Of a stretch of DNA of 64,000 nucleotides, positions 24,370 to 37,795 are shown in pieces. The stretch lies in contig NC_082721.1 of assembly GCF_030144855.1 (NCBI RefSeq), positions 43,958,001-44,022,000 of the forward strand, read 5' to 3'. Source of the DNA: Hypanus sabinus (Eukaryota). The position numbers were made by a program, and so were the translations under genes. Within the stretch, counting starts at the first letter, position 1. Each line of letters opens with the position of its first letter. The notes beneath the pieces are model-generated. The model did no database searches, was not told the DNA's origin, and was given only the letters and a program-made list of their open reading frames with translations.

Positions 24370-25040
24370 GCAAGTTGTTCAGATACTTGGAGAGAAGATT
24401 TATGAACTTTGAAGACAGCATTTGGGAAAGAATTGTCTGATTGTGGAGAGTCTGCATGGCTTTGTGCGGATCAAGTCAAGTCTCATGAGCTTGGATGAAT
24501 TGTTTGAGGATGTGACAAAGAACATTGTTGAAGATAGAGCAACGGTTGTGGTGTAAATAGACTTCAGTAAAAATACACTTTGTATATATAGGGTTTTGCA
24601 AACTGCTTGTTGAGGTTCTCCATGGTAGGCTCATTTCAGAAGTCAGGAGGTATGAGATCCAAGGAAACTTGGCCATGTGTATGTAGAATTGATTTGCCCA
24701 TGGAATACAGAATGTTGTTTTAGAAGGAGAGATTTCTGCCTGAATGTAGGTGAACATGGTGGTCCACAGGGATCTGTTCAGGGGTCCTTGCCCCTTGGGA
24801 TTGTTATAACTGACTTGGATCAGGGAGTGAAAGAGTAGCCTGGTAAGACTGTTTATGATTAAAAGGATAGTAAAGTTGTGGAGACTGTGAAGTTTTGTCA
24901 TAGTTAGCAATAGGACGTTGACAGGATGCAGAAATGGGCTGAGAATTGACAAATGCAGTTCAACCCAGAAGATGTCAGGTGATTTACTTTGGAAGCTGAA
25001 TTTAAAATGTCTGCAGAGCATTGTAAGCCAAAATAAGACC
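24370..25040 (+). mobile_element. CR1 RT fragment
   Basis: gacttcagtaaa (DFSK), tcaggggtccttg and aactgacttgga, matching CR1 RT motifs. Confidence 0.65.
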
Positions 25041-25044
25041 GTGA

Positions 25045-25430
25045 CCATAAAACACTGAAACAAAATTAACCCTGCCTTGTCCCTGTAACTGTTTATTCTC
25101 TAACCAATCAAGAATCTATCTACCTCTGTTTTAAATAGAGCCAATGAGTGGTCCTCCACAGCGCACTGTTCCAATGATTACACAGATTCATCAACCTCTG
25201 GCTAAGCAAATTACTCTTCATCTCTGCCCTCAATGGATGTCACTGTATTCTGAGTCTATGTCATCTGGTCATTGACTCCTCCAATTTAGGAGTCATCCTC
25301 TACACTCTTTCCAGTCCTTTGCATGTTCAAAGATATCAATGAGAGCACCAATCTTTGTTCAAAACTCCATCAAGTGCGGGCTTAGAGCCATCAAACAGTC
25401 CTTAAACATTAACTCTTTTATTCCTGAAGT
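25045..25430 (-). mobile_element. CR1 3' fragment
   Basis: Reverse complement of the CR1 C-terminus and 3' UTR (gattcatcaacctctggctaagcaaatt). Confidence 0.55.
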
Positions 25431-25879
25431 CACTTTCATTGTCACAACTGCTTCAAAACAAACTTGAGAGTTGCTGAGAGGCTGCACAAGGGAGTATTGT
25501 ACCATATGACATACTTGCAAATAATTAAATTCCAACTCAAAAAAGTATGCTCAATCCTTTATGACAAACCAACAATAAAATTAATTGGCTCTTCCTTAAT
25601 TTATGTAAAACAAAGTTGAACAAGACAAATCTAGTTATATCAAATTCAAACAAAGACAAGCAAGGTGAGTGTAATTGGAACAAATCAAAGAAAGAGGAGT
25701 GGTCAAAAAAAACATACATTCCCAACTCGCCCCCTCACTCTGCAGCCACGCAGGTGAACGGGTACCTCTGTTTATTTATTTCTACTGTTACCCAAACCCA
25801 TGTGACAAAGCATATTAACCCAGACTGAGCACGTGCAACACAAATACACTATACACAGTCAGTAAATAGATACAGGACT

Positions 25880-26330
25880 CCTAAAACTATGAACATCCTC
25901 TGGATGTTCTCCAGTCACAGCACATCTTTTCTTAGATAAGGAGCCCAAAACTGCTCATAATACTCTTAACACAATCTGACCAATGTCTTGTAAACCTCAG
26001 CATTGCATACTTGTGTTTATATTCTAGTCCTCTTGAAATGAATGCCAACTTTGCATTTACCTTACATTCCACTGACTCAACCTACAAGTTAACTTTTACA
26101 GAATCCTGTACGAGGACTCCCAACTCTCTTTGCACCTCTCAATTTTGAATAGTCTCCCCATTTACAAAATAGTCTACACCTTTACTCCTTCAACCAAAGT
26201 GTGTGACCATACACTTCCCTACACTATATTCCATCTGCCAATTCTTTGCCCATTCTCTTCATCCGTCTATGTTTTTCTGTAGACTCCCTCTTTAACATGA
26301 CCTGCCCTTCTACTCATCTTCTTCTCATTA
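25880..26330 (-). mobile_element. CR1 RT C-terminal fragment
   Basis: Reverse strand matches the CR1 region after the FADD motif (ctagtcctcttgaaatgaatgccaac). Confidence 0.7.
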
Positions 26331-26369
26331 ATAAACTTGATCAGACAACCATCGATTGCACATCCGAAT

Positions 26370-29300
26370 CATTGACATGTAATGTGAAATGAAGCGGTGC
26401 CAACACCAAAGAGGGGAGAGGGGAACCAATGTAGTGATAGGGGATTCCTTTTTTAGAGGATTAGACACAAGATATTGTGCATGCGATAGAGGCACGCAGG
26501 TGGTATCTTGTTCCCCCTTCACAGATACAGGCACATCTCAGGTAGGTGTGCAGTTTTGGTCTCCAAATTTGAGGAAGGAAAGTGTGAAGTATTGGTCTCC
26601 AAATCTGAAGAAGGACTTTCTTGCTATTGAGGGAGTGCAGCTTAGGTTCACAAGGTTAATTCCCAGCATGGCGGGACTGTCATATGTTGAAAGATTGCAG
26701 TGACTGGGCTTGTATACACTGGAATTTAGAAGGATGAGAGGGGATCTGATTGAAACATGTAAGATTATTTAGGGATTGGACACGTTAGAGGCAGGAAACA
26801 TGTTCCCGATGTGGGGGGAGTCCAGAACCAGAAGCCACAGTTTAAGAATAAGGTGTAGGTCATTTAGAACGTAGTTGAGGAAAAGCTTTTCCACAAAGAG
26901 AGTTGTGGATATGCGGAATGTTCTGCTGCAGAAGGCAGTGGAGTCCAGTTCTCTGGATGCTTTCAAGAAAGAGTTAGGTAGAGCGCTTAAAGATAGCAAA
27001 GTCAAGGGATATGGGAAAAAGGCAGGAATGGGGTACTGATTGTGAATGATCAGCAAAAATCACAGTCAATGGCTGCGCTGGCTTGAAGGGCCGAACGGCC
27101 TATTCCTGCACCTATTGTCTATGACATTCTGAAGAGGGAAGGTGAGCAGCCATAAGTCTTGGTACATACTGGCATCAATGACAGAGGTAGGAAAAGTGAG
27201 AAGATCCTGAAGAGAGAATTTAGAGAGCTCAGATGAAAGCTGAAATGTAGGACGTCCAGGGTAGAAATCTCTAGATTGCTGCCTGTGCCACGCATCTGTG
27301 AGGGTAAGAATAGGATGATTTGGTATATAAATATACGGCTGAGAAACTAGCGTGGGGGCGGGTTTCTGATTTCTAGATGATTGGGATCCCTTCTGGGGAA
27401 GGCATGACCTCTACAAAAGAGATGTGTTACAACAGAACCTCAACTGGACAAATATCCTTCCTGACATGTTTGGTAAAGCTGTTGGTTTGTGTTTAAACCA
27501 ATTTGACATAGGTATGAGAACCAGAGTGATATTGGCCTTTGTATAACAAGCAAAAACAGTGTGTAGTGAGACTGGCAGGAAGGAGAGGCAATTGATAGGG
27601 CAAGATTGCAGTGAATGGCATCAGTTGTACTGTAAAAGAAGGACAAAATCAAAAAGGGTGATGGATCCAGAACTGAATGTGTTACATTTGAATGCAGGCA
27701 GAATACAGAATAAGGTAGATTATCTTGTAGTGTCGTTATTAAAGACTGGCAGATATGACATTGTGGGCATCACTGAGTTCCTCAATGTACAGAAAGGACA
27801 GCCAGTTTGGTCGAAGAGTGGCATGGATCTTTTGGAAAAAAGTAAAACCAAATCCTTAAAAAGAGATGACATGGGATCAGATGATGCAAATTACTTGTTG
27901 GCAGAGTTAAGAAACTGCAAGGGTAAAAAGACCATGATGGGTTTTATGTAGGCCTCCAAACATGACAGGATATGGGCTACAACTGCAACATGAGAGTGGA
28001 AAGGCAAGTCTAAAGCCAATGTTGTGATAGTCAAGGAGGATTTCAATAAGCATGTAATCAGGTTGGTACTCAATCTGGAAAGAAAGGTTGTGTAGAATGC
28101 CTACAAAACAGCTTTTAGGAATAGCTTCTTGTTGAGCCCACTAAGGGATCAGCTGTTCTTCATTGGGTGGTGTGTAATGAACCGTATTTGTTAACAGTGA
28201 TCGTAATACAATTTAATTCACACTGAAATTTGACAGGCTGTAGCAGAAGTCAGATGAATCAGTATTACAGTCCAGTAAAGTCCTGAAAGAGCAGATGACC
28301 TAAGTTAGTTGGAAGGGGTCTGTACCAGGGATAATGGCAGAGCATCAATGACTGGAGTTTCTGGGAGCAATTAGGAAGGTACAGGGTAGACACATCTCAA
28401 AGATACAAAAGTATTCTAAAGGCATGATGACACAACCATGGATGAAAAGGGAAGACAAAGCCAACAAAAAAGCTGAAGTGAAGGCATATCATAGAGCAAA
28501 AGTTAGTGTGAAAATAGAGGTTTAGTGAACTTCAAAAAAAAGAACAACAGAACGTAAATGAAACTACAGAAGGGGGAAAGATGAAATCTGAAGGAAAGCT
28601 CAGCAGTAGCATTAAAGAGCATTAAAAAAAACAAAAGTTTTTTTTCAGATATGTAAAGTGCAAAAAGGGAGGCAAGAGTAGATATTTGACTGCTGGAAAG
28701 TGATACTGGGATGGTAGTAATGGGGGGAAACAAGGAAATGGTGGGTGACTACAATATTTTGCATCAGGTTTTGCTATGGAAGGCACTAGGAGTATCTCAG
28801 AAATTTGAGAGTCAGGGGCAGAAGAGAGTACAGTTGTGATTAATTGGGAAAACCTGCTTCTCAAACTGAAAGATCAGAAGGTGGATAAGTCACCTACACC
28901 AGTCAGGCTACACATCAGGGTCCTGAAAGAGGTAGCTGAAGACATTGTTGAGTCATAAGTAATGTTTTCACATGAAGAATACATTCTACATGCTTCTGTA
29001 GGACTGGAAATTTGCAAATGTTACTCCGCTCTTCAGGAAGGGAGGGAGGCAAAAGAAAGTAAATTACAGACCATTTGGCCCTACCTCAGTGGTTGGGAAG
29101 AAGATTGAAGTTGGTTTGTTAAGGATGTAGATGCAGGTATTTGGAATCACATCATAAAATAGGTCAAAGTGAGCATAGTTTCCTTAAAGGCAAAGTTTTG
29201 CCTCACAAATCTGTTGGAATTCTTTAAGGAAATAAAAAGCAGGATGTACAAAGGAAAACTGGGGGATGCTATGTGCTTGGATTTTCAGAAGTACTTTGAC

Positions 29301-30395
29301 AAGGTGCCACACATGAGGCTGCTTAATAAAATAAGAGTCCATAGTATTTCACAAAAGATATTAGCATTGATGGAGTACTGGTTGATTGGCAAGTGGCAAA
29401 GCATGGGGACAAAGGGAACCTCTTCTGATTGGCTGCCAGTGACTCATGGAATTCTGCAGAGGTCAGTGTTGGGACTGTTCCTTTTAACATTGTATGTCAA
29501 TGGCTTGGATGATGGAATTGATGGGTTTCTGTCTAAGTTTGTGGACAATACAAAGACAGGTTCAGGGGGCTGCAGAAGGAATTAAACAGATTAGGAAAAT
29601 GGACCAAGAAATGGAAGATGGAGTATAGCATCAGGAATTGTATGGTCATGCACTTTGGTAGAAGGAATAAAAGCACAAACTATATTCTAAACAGGGAGAA
29701 AATTCAGAAATCCAAGGTGCAAGGTGACTTGGGAGTTATTGTGCAGGATTCCATAATGGTTAATTTGCAGGTACAGACAGTGATGAGGAAGACAAATGCA
29801 ATGCTAAATTTCATTTCAAGAAGACCAAAGTAAAAAGGCAAGGATGTCACACTGAGGCAATGGTGAAGCTTCACTTGGGAGTATTGTAAGCATATTTGTG
29901 CCACTTCTTTAAGAGAGTGGGGCTGACATTGGAGAGGATCCAGAGGAAATTCATGGGAAAGGTTCTAGGAATGAATGGCTTCTCAGATGAGTTCTGTTTG
30001 ATGGTTCTGAGCCTTTTCTTCTTGCTTAAATTTAAAGAATGAGGAGGATTCATTGAAATCTATTGAATGTTGAATGTCCTAGAAAGAGTGGATGTGTTGA
30101 TGATGTTTCCTATGGTGATGGTGACTAGAACCAGAGGGCTCCTCCTCAGAGTAGAAAGATGCCCATTTAGAATGGAGTTGAAGTGGAATTTCTTTTGCCA
30201 GAGGGTGTTGAATCTGAGGAATTTGTTCACAGGTGGCTGTGGAAGCCTGGTCACTGGGTGTAATTTAGGCAGAGATTCACAAATGATTGACCTGTTGGAG
30301 CAAGAAAGGTCATGAGGAGAAGGCAGGAGAATGAGCTTGAGAGGGAAATGGATCAGCCACAATGATATTTTTATGTCTTATGGTCTTATGTTCAT
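26370..30395 (+). mobile_element. CR1 LINE with ORF1 esterase (GDSL/SGNH), EN and RT, decayed
   Basis: VVIGDSFFRG (26389 ORF), EN VLHLNAGRIQNKVD...YDIVGITE, RT LDFQKYFDKVPHMRL and KFVDNTK. Tail ttatgtcttatggtcttatg at ~30372-30391. Confidence 0.85.
26546..27123 (+). mobile_element. Younger 5'-truncated CR1 nested in the ORF1 of the older CR1
   Basis: CR1 3' end (IEGVQLRFTRLIPSM...cctattgtctatg) interrupts the esterase ORF1, which resumes at 27124. Confidence 0.8.
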
Positions 30396-32790
30396 ATGGA
30401 TATGCACTGAAGCCTCTCTTTTACTCTTTACATATCTGAAACAACTTTTTGTATCCACTTTTATTTTATTAGCTTGCTTACATAGTTTATCTTTTTGCTC
30501 CAACATAAATACGTCTGGTTTAAGATGACACATCTGAAGGCGGGTGACAACTTGTGATGGTTCGTAAAGGAAGAATTAAAACTAAATAATTAATAACAGT
30601 TTATATGTAACAAATTGTGGTAAATAATCTCTGCAAACAGTAAAGAGGCGAGCAAAGCTGAAGATGACTCAAGGGTCAAGGCCTGTTGAAGAAAAGTGGT
30701 CGGAGACAGAGAGGGAGCTGGAGTGAGCGGAGTGGGCAAAAGACCATGCAGAGGAGTTTCCGAGCCTGATCAACTAAATTGAGACTGAGGAATGATCGAT
30801 GGAAAGGTTGGGTTCAGGTGCAGGGTCCAGGCCCAGAGGGAGTTTTTGTGACAGTGCTTGGCTCCTAGAGCGAGGAATGCCCCGATGTTTGGATGATTTT
30901 ATCATCAAATTGGAGGTATGGGTCAGGTCTGTTCTGATTGCTGCTGCACTCTTTGCTGCTCAAAGGCTCAGGGTATGGGTCTGTACAGATGTTCCAGTCT
31001 TCATGTCTATGGGTCCCACGATGTTTTGCTTTGGCAGGTGATGAACTGAGCCTCTGGCTGTGGGCATTGTGTCCATGGACTCAGCTTCCTTCTTAATGCT
31101 GTTTCCTTGCTTTAATTGTTTGCACAATTTACTTCTATTTCTCTCTCTGAATATTGGTTGTTCCATTTTTGCACTGAGTCCCTTTGGGCTTCTTGGTTTT
31201 TGGCTGCCTCTAAGGAAAAACAACTCAATGCGTATAATATGAGGGGTGATTGATAAGTTCGTGGTCGAAGGTAGAAGGAGTGAGTTTTAGAAAACTTTGC
31301 ACATTTATTTTTCAACATAGCCCCTTCTTATGGATCATGGACATCCAGAAAGTGTCCTCAGTATGGGTAATTGATATGTTCACAGCCTAAGGTAGAAGGA
31401 GATGAGTTCTACAGCTCTCGTTACATGCACATGCAGGTCAACTCTATGAGCGATTATGCAGAAAATTTGAAGTTCATAACTTATACTTTAGGTCACAAAC
31501 TTATCAATTACCCCGATGAATCATTAACTTCAAACTTTCTGCATAATCACTCAAAGAGTTGAACTGTATGTCCATGTAACCAGAGTTGTATAACTCAACT
31601 TCTTCTACCTTTGGCCATGAACTTATCAATCACGCCTGCTGTGGACACTTTCTGGAGGTCCAAGATCTGTATGCTCCACAACCGCTGGACTAAGTGTGTA
31701 ACCGTTGGAGGGAACTACGTTGAAAAATAAATGTGCAAGTTTTTCGAAAATTTACTCCTTCCACCTTAGGCCACGAAATTATTAATCACCACTTGTATGT
31801 ACATACTTAGATCATAAATGTACTTTGAAATTTTGGTGTTTTTTTAATCGCCTGTTATTCATTTTTAAAAGCTTCCAAATCTTCTAATTTCCCACTGACA
31901 TTTGCAATCTTATTTGCCCTCCCTTTTGCTTTTTTGCCTGTACTGTGCTGTTATGTTCTATTCAATTGTTCTATGTAAAAAGTTGTACATTTATGGTATA
32001 AACTTAGTAAAGAAATTAAATGGTGATTCAGTATGTTCAAAACAAATTTGCGTAGGTTTGCCGTTTCTTTAAAATTGACTTCTGGGATCTGGGCATCGCT
32101 GGTAGGCCCAGTATCAATTACTCATCCCTTGAGAGAGGGAGGGTGAACTGTGGTTTTGCACTGCTGTTGTCCTTCTGGGGAAAGGTGCTCCCACAGAGAT
32201 CTCAGGGAGGATGTTCCTGAACTTAGGTGAAGGATCAGCAATACATTTTCAGGTCTAGCTGTTTGGCCAGTTGGAGGTGAGCCTGCAGGTGGTGGTGTTC
32301 CTCTAAATCTTCTACACTTATCCCAACCTTTTATACAGAATGCCAAGGACCAGTACCATGAACCAAGAGGTAACTGGACTCCAGGTTTGGAACCCCGGCT
32401 TTGGGAGGTGGTTTGGGAGGTGCAGTCGGAGGAGGTGAGTAAATAACTGAGGTGCATTTTGAAGATATTCCACAATGTAAGTGTAATAAGGTGATTGTGA
32501 ATAGAGGAATTATTCCAGGTGGCAGTAATCAAGAGGGTTGTTGTGTCAAAGCTGACGTTAAACCCTTTCAGATTTGTAACAACTGAATGGAGAGTATTCA
32601 GTAAGTGGAGAGAATTCTTATATAAGTATATTTTTTACAATTTCCCAAATTGCATTGAACTGAAGTCCCAATTTACATCTGACATTAATGTTCTGTTCCT
32701 TTGATTTCAATGGAAATTAAACCAAGCGTTGGCAAAGTAAGTGAGTGGGAGGGGGCTGAATTCACCATCACCTAGTTAAACCATCAGACT
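29200..32790 (+). repeat. Segmental duplication, copy A (paralogous to 54755-59990)
   Basis: Same order and junctions of CR1 3' end, AT-rich spacer, repeat fragments and a minus-strand LINE as copy B. Antisense ORFs 32122-32532 and 59254-59541 translate to clearly similar peptides. Confidence 0.85.
31240..31795. mobile_element. Mariner-derived MITE with nested second TIR pair
   Basis: Outer TIRs tgaggggtgattgataagttc... / ...gaaattattaatcaccacttg, with TA TSD (31238-39, 31796-97). Inner TIR pair at 31364-31408 and 31592-31636. Confidence 0.8.
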
Positions 32791-33639
32791 TATCTAACAT
32801 TTCTTTCTCTCGGTACTGAATGAAAATTCTGTAGGGTGAGGTGACTCAGAAAACTAAACAGCACACAATTTGCGGTTTGGCTGCCACAACAGAAGAATAC
32901 ATGAAATCATGCCCCTTTAAGCCTTCAAGTGTCTGACAGATATTTAAAGTCAGGTAGACCAAAAACTATGATATTTGGGTAGTGAGATATAAAAAGCAGG
33001 TGTAATCATCTTGACTCAGCTCTGGGCCGTTCCTCTCCTTAAAATAACACTTCATTTCTTCCTGGTGCAGCAGATCTTTGTTATTTTCTCACCCAGATAG
33101 CTGCAGACCTGAGCTGCACCAAAGCTACTTTTTTTTAAAATGATAAGGCAATTTTTATTGTTAAAATTAGATTATAAAAATGTTTTATTTCCACCATGCT
33201 AACAAGGTTTATAATGGCCAATTAATTTGCACTGTATTAGATAACTTTCCCTTTCCATTCATAACTTAGTAGCTAATTTATAATACTGTAAACTGATTGG
33301 AACAGGACCAACTCACAGCATCGTTTCCTCAACTAATCCTCTTTCTGCATTATAAGGAATTCAGTTGCCTTTCAGTGTCCATGTTTTATATGAGGTATCA
33401 AACAATCTCATAATAAATCATCTGAATGAATAGAAAATAAAGGTTTCAATTTTCTGATGTTCATAGATAGCAATTTGGTATATGATAGTCAGATGGCATT
33501 AGTACATCAGTATTAATTGCAATGTCCATTTCTCTCTAGTGTCATCATCGTCATTAGGTGCTGTGTCATATGACATAGGTGATCACGGTCTTCCATCTGT
33601 CTTTAATCTGAGAAGTCCTAATTATCTCTCCCAGAAGCA

Positions 33640-34710
33640 CTCACATCTACCTAATGAAATGCTTTGAGAGGCTTGTCATTGCCAAAAACAACTCCCGCAT
33701 CAGCAAGGACCTGGATCCACTGAAATTTGGCTATCACCACAATAGGACTGTGGCTTGTGCAGACTCAATGACTCTGCATGCAGTCTCAGATCACCTGGAC
33801 AATGCAAACACCTACGTCAGGATGCTGCTCATTGACTATAGCTCAGTGTTTAGTGCCATCATTCCGACCGTCATCATTGAAAAGCTAATGAACCTAGTAC
33901 GACGTACCTGTCTCTGCATTTGGATCCTTGACTTTCTAACTGGAAAACCACAATCTGTGCACATTGGTAATCTCTTCCCTCATTGCTAATCAGCTCTGGT
34001 AAACCTCAAGGATATTTGCTGAGGTTACTATTCTGCTCTCTCTAGACTCGTGGATTGTGTGGCCAGGCATAGCTCAATTGCCAGATATATATTTGCTGCT
34101 GATACAACCATTGTTGGCAGAGTCTCAGATGTAGATGAGAGGGTGTACAAAACTGAGATAGACCAGTTGGATGAGTGATATCGCAGCAACCACCTTGCCC
34201 TCAACGCTTGTAAGAGCTGATTGTAGACTTCGGGAAGGGTAAGGTAAGGGAACATAAACAAATTCTCATAGAGGGATTTGAAGTGGAGAGAGTTGTTGGG
34301 CATCAAGATCTCTGAGTATCTAACCTGGTCCCAACATATCGATTCAGCTAAAAATAATGCTAGACAATGGTAATATTTTATTAGGAGTTTGTGGAGATTT
34401 GGTTTGTCACCTAAAACTCTTGAAAACTTTACAGCTGTACTGTGGAGAGGATTCTGAGGCTGCATTACTGTCTGGTATGGGGGTGGGAGGGTTCTACTTC
34501 ACAGGATCGAAAGAATCTACAGAAAGTTGTGTAATTGGTCGGCTCCATCATGTGGTCTCGCCTTCATAGTATACAAAACCCTTCAAAGCAGCGATGCCTC
34601 TGAAAGGTAGCATCATTGTTAAGGACCCACAACACCCAGTACATGCCATCTTTCCATTCTTACCTTTAGAAAGGAGGTACAGACGACTGAAGGTGCATAC
34701 ACACACACAC
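33640..34710 (+). mobile_element. Rex1/Babar-like LINE RT and 3' part
   Basis: MKCFERLV...DPLKFGY...YVRMLLIDYSSVFSAIIP (33654-33989) and the 3' segment PSERRYR. Confidence 0.8.
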
Positions 34711-34799
34711 TACTCAGACATCTCAACTACAGTCCCATTCATGTCATTGGAGCTACCCTGTATCAGTTCCTCCTTCAACCCATGATTAATTCCTTTTTT

Positions 34800-35330
34800 T
34801 TTCAACATTGGGGGAGAGGCTGTTTTCTTGGCAGCACTGTGTCAGGGCATTGACCTCCTCTATAGGCTGCCCCATCATTGTTGGAAATAAGGCCTATCAA
34901 TGTCATGTCATCTGCAAATTTGAGCTGTGCGTGGCAACAGTCATGAGAGTAGAGAGGATGCTTAGGACACAGCCTGTCTTCAATCAGAGAGCCAGAGGTG
35001 AGGGTGCTCATCCTTACGACTTGCCAGTGATTCAAATTAAAAGTCCAGGATCCACTGCACAAGGCAGGATGCAGGCCAAGGTCTCTGAGCTTCTTGTCAA
35101 GCCTGGGGGAATTACGGTGTTGAATGATGAACTGCAGTTTAAGAACAGCATTCTAACATAAGCTTCTCTCTTCTGCAGGTGAGTAAGAACGGTGTGTAGT
35201 GTTTCAAGTCTCCAGTGACAATGAAAATGCGCAATGGATGCATGGTTTCCTGGATGCTAATATTTGTTTGAGAGCCAGGTCACACAGCCATGAAGTCTCC
35301 AGTCAGTTGAAATGGCCGATAGCTAAGTAT
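34800..35330 (-). mobile_element. Rex1/Babar-like LINE RT fragment
   Basis: Minus ORF 34802-35062 has LKFADDMTLIGLISNND. Confidence 0.75.
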
Positions 35331-35639
35331 ACGGTAGGTACTCCAGATCCTGAGAGCAAAAGCATTTGAGAGTGTGCACATTACGTGGGTCACACTAAGT
35401 ATTATTGACCATAAAACATACCCCCACCCCCACCCATTTTACTTTTCCCGAATAAGTCTTTAGACCTGCCTGCTCAGAACACAAAGAACCCTTCGATGAC
35501 ATCAAGAAGTATAAAAGTATACTTAATATGGGAATCAGAAGCAAAAAACGAAACAGAAAAGAATGGTATGTGATGGATTTGGCAGGTACAGTTATTCCAA
35601 AGATATATTAGGAGCAAAAAGAGTGTCAGGGAGAGTATT

Positions 35640-36310
35640 GCTGGATGATGTGATCAGCGAAGTGAGTGGTCCAAGGATTTGCAAATAGATTTCAGTTCAG
35701 GTCGGTGTGACGTATTGCATTTAGGGAACTCAAAGCCGGTATGACTTAGACAGTAAATGGTGGGACCCTTTAGAGTTGTGAAAGAGGACCTAGCTGTGCA
35801 TGTACAAATTTTGTAAAACTGACATTGCAGGTGGATAAGGTGGTGTTCAAGAGCATTTGGCACGCTGGCCTTAGTTAGTCCAGGAGTTGGAACATTGCAT
35901 TTCAGTGGTACAAGGTGTTTTTGAAACTGCATTTGGAATGTTGTGTACAATTTTGTTCTTTGTTTTCAAAGAGACTGGAGAAAGTGCAGGAAAGACCTAT
36001 GAGGATGCTACCAGCACTCAAGTTCAAGTTATGTGACTGGATGTATAAGACTGGGACTTTATTCTTTAAAACATATCGGTTTGAGAGGCGATTTTACAGA
36101 GGTTTATAAAGTCATGGGTGTCTATAGAGGGTGAATGTACGTACATAGACGTACACATTGAAGTGGGAAGTAAAAGCTAGAGTGCATAGGGTTCAAGGTG
36201 AGAGGTGAAGGGTAGAATTTTAATGCAAAGTCTCATGCATATATAGCAGGGTATCTCAAGCTGGGTTCCACGGCAGATTGGTATTTTAAAAAATGAACAT
36301 AGTTTTTTTA
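35640..36310 (+). mobile_element. CR1 RT C-terminus and 3' fragment
   Basis: LHLECCVQFCS...LEKVQERPMRMLP (35915-36109). Confidence 0.7.
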
Positions 36311-36639
36311 AATGTGGTGTAACACGGGATGCTAGTGCTCGCAGTGGTGGGCAGTGACCGAGCAGCCCTGTCAGCAATCTCAGTGCTTTATGGCAGTGAG
36401 CCATGGGGTGGTGTTTGTTTGGATGAGTCCATTCTCTGTTTTTGGGAGGCCCTTGATAACTGATGAGTGTTGTATTGCACGGAAGGGAGGATTTCCAGCA
36501 TCTGCAGGTCTTCTCTTGTTTGTTTTCATTTTTTACAGTTTTCTCATTTTGTTATTTATTATGCTGTTCTTTTCTATAATTTATAAACCCATGTGTTTTA
36601 CACACGTCTGACAGTGCAATCTTCTGCATTATTTCACTG

Positions 36640-37795
36640 CACTAGTGCAACAATCAACACAAGAAAGTCCATCTTTACAATGAAAACAAGTTATCAATGA
36701 GCTTTAGATGGACTAGTGTGGCAAGTTGTCCTATTCCATTGTTCTTCATCTGTGGCAAACAACTTACAAATGTATCAATGACTCTGGCAAAATTTAAAAG
36801 GCACTTAACAGCCATATGACAAGTAAAAGTTCTGATTATTTTAAACAGCTATTCACAACAGAATAAAGCTTCTGTTAATAAAGTCACAATCAGTAAAAAT
36901 TCTCAGGAAGCAAGTTATTTAGCAGTAGAGCTTATTAAACAGAAAAGACTAAGTCATATAATTGGTGAGAACCTCATAATGCTGGCATGCATAATTGTCA
37001 TGGGTAAAATGCTCAGACAAGATGCAGTATGAAAAATTGAAAAGGTTTCAGTCTCAATATGATAAGTCAACCAATTGATGGAATGTCAGATGATGCTGAA
37101 GAGATATTGTGAGATAACCCAAAATCAACAGCTTCTCTATCCAGGTTGATATGTCAACAGACTTCACCAATAAATATCATGTTATAGTATTTGTAAGATC
37201 TGTAAAGTATGGTGAAATTCAAGAAAACTACTTCCTGTTGCAAGGAGCTACAATCAAGCAAAGGCCAAGATATATTTAATGTTTTGTATTCATAACTGTA
37301 AAATAAGGTCTATTTTGGAAACACTGTCTGGCTCTGGCTTTTGGTTTTTAGTAACTTATTCAACATTGTCAATCAATTATCATGTTGTAAATAGCATTAA
37401 TTAAAATCACATTACAACCTTGTATTTATTTTAAATTTACTGAGCCTGCTTTTAGAAAATTAAATCCTATTTTGGCTTTAGCCAGTTATCAAACAGAAAC
37501 TTATTATGTTTGCCTTAAGAGTTTAAAATTTATGAAAGGAAACAAAAGAGAATAATTTCAGGAATAATAAAATAAGCTTAACTACCTGTTTTTTTCAACG
37601 AAGATTGGCTAAAAATTCAAACTCTAATTAAAAGAGCATTGATAATTATTTTGGGTTATTGTATCTACAATGTACTGATCATACTAATGTATTGTGAGCT
37701 GTAGATAAAATAATTCTTACATAGTTGTGCTCTGAGACCTGAAAGTTATTTCAACAGTTCTCCCAGGGCAAACAGGTTGAGAAAGGCTGAACTAG
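36640..37795 (+). mobile_element. Decayed hAT (Buster/ZBED5-like) transposon fragment
   Basis: BED-finger-like remnant (PIPLFFICGKQLTNVSM...AKFKRHL), QEASYLAVEL and HIIGENLIMLAC. Right TIR aggttgagaaaggctg near 37768-37783. Left TIR not found. Confidence 0.65.
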
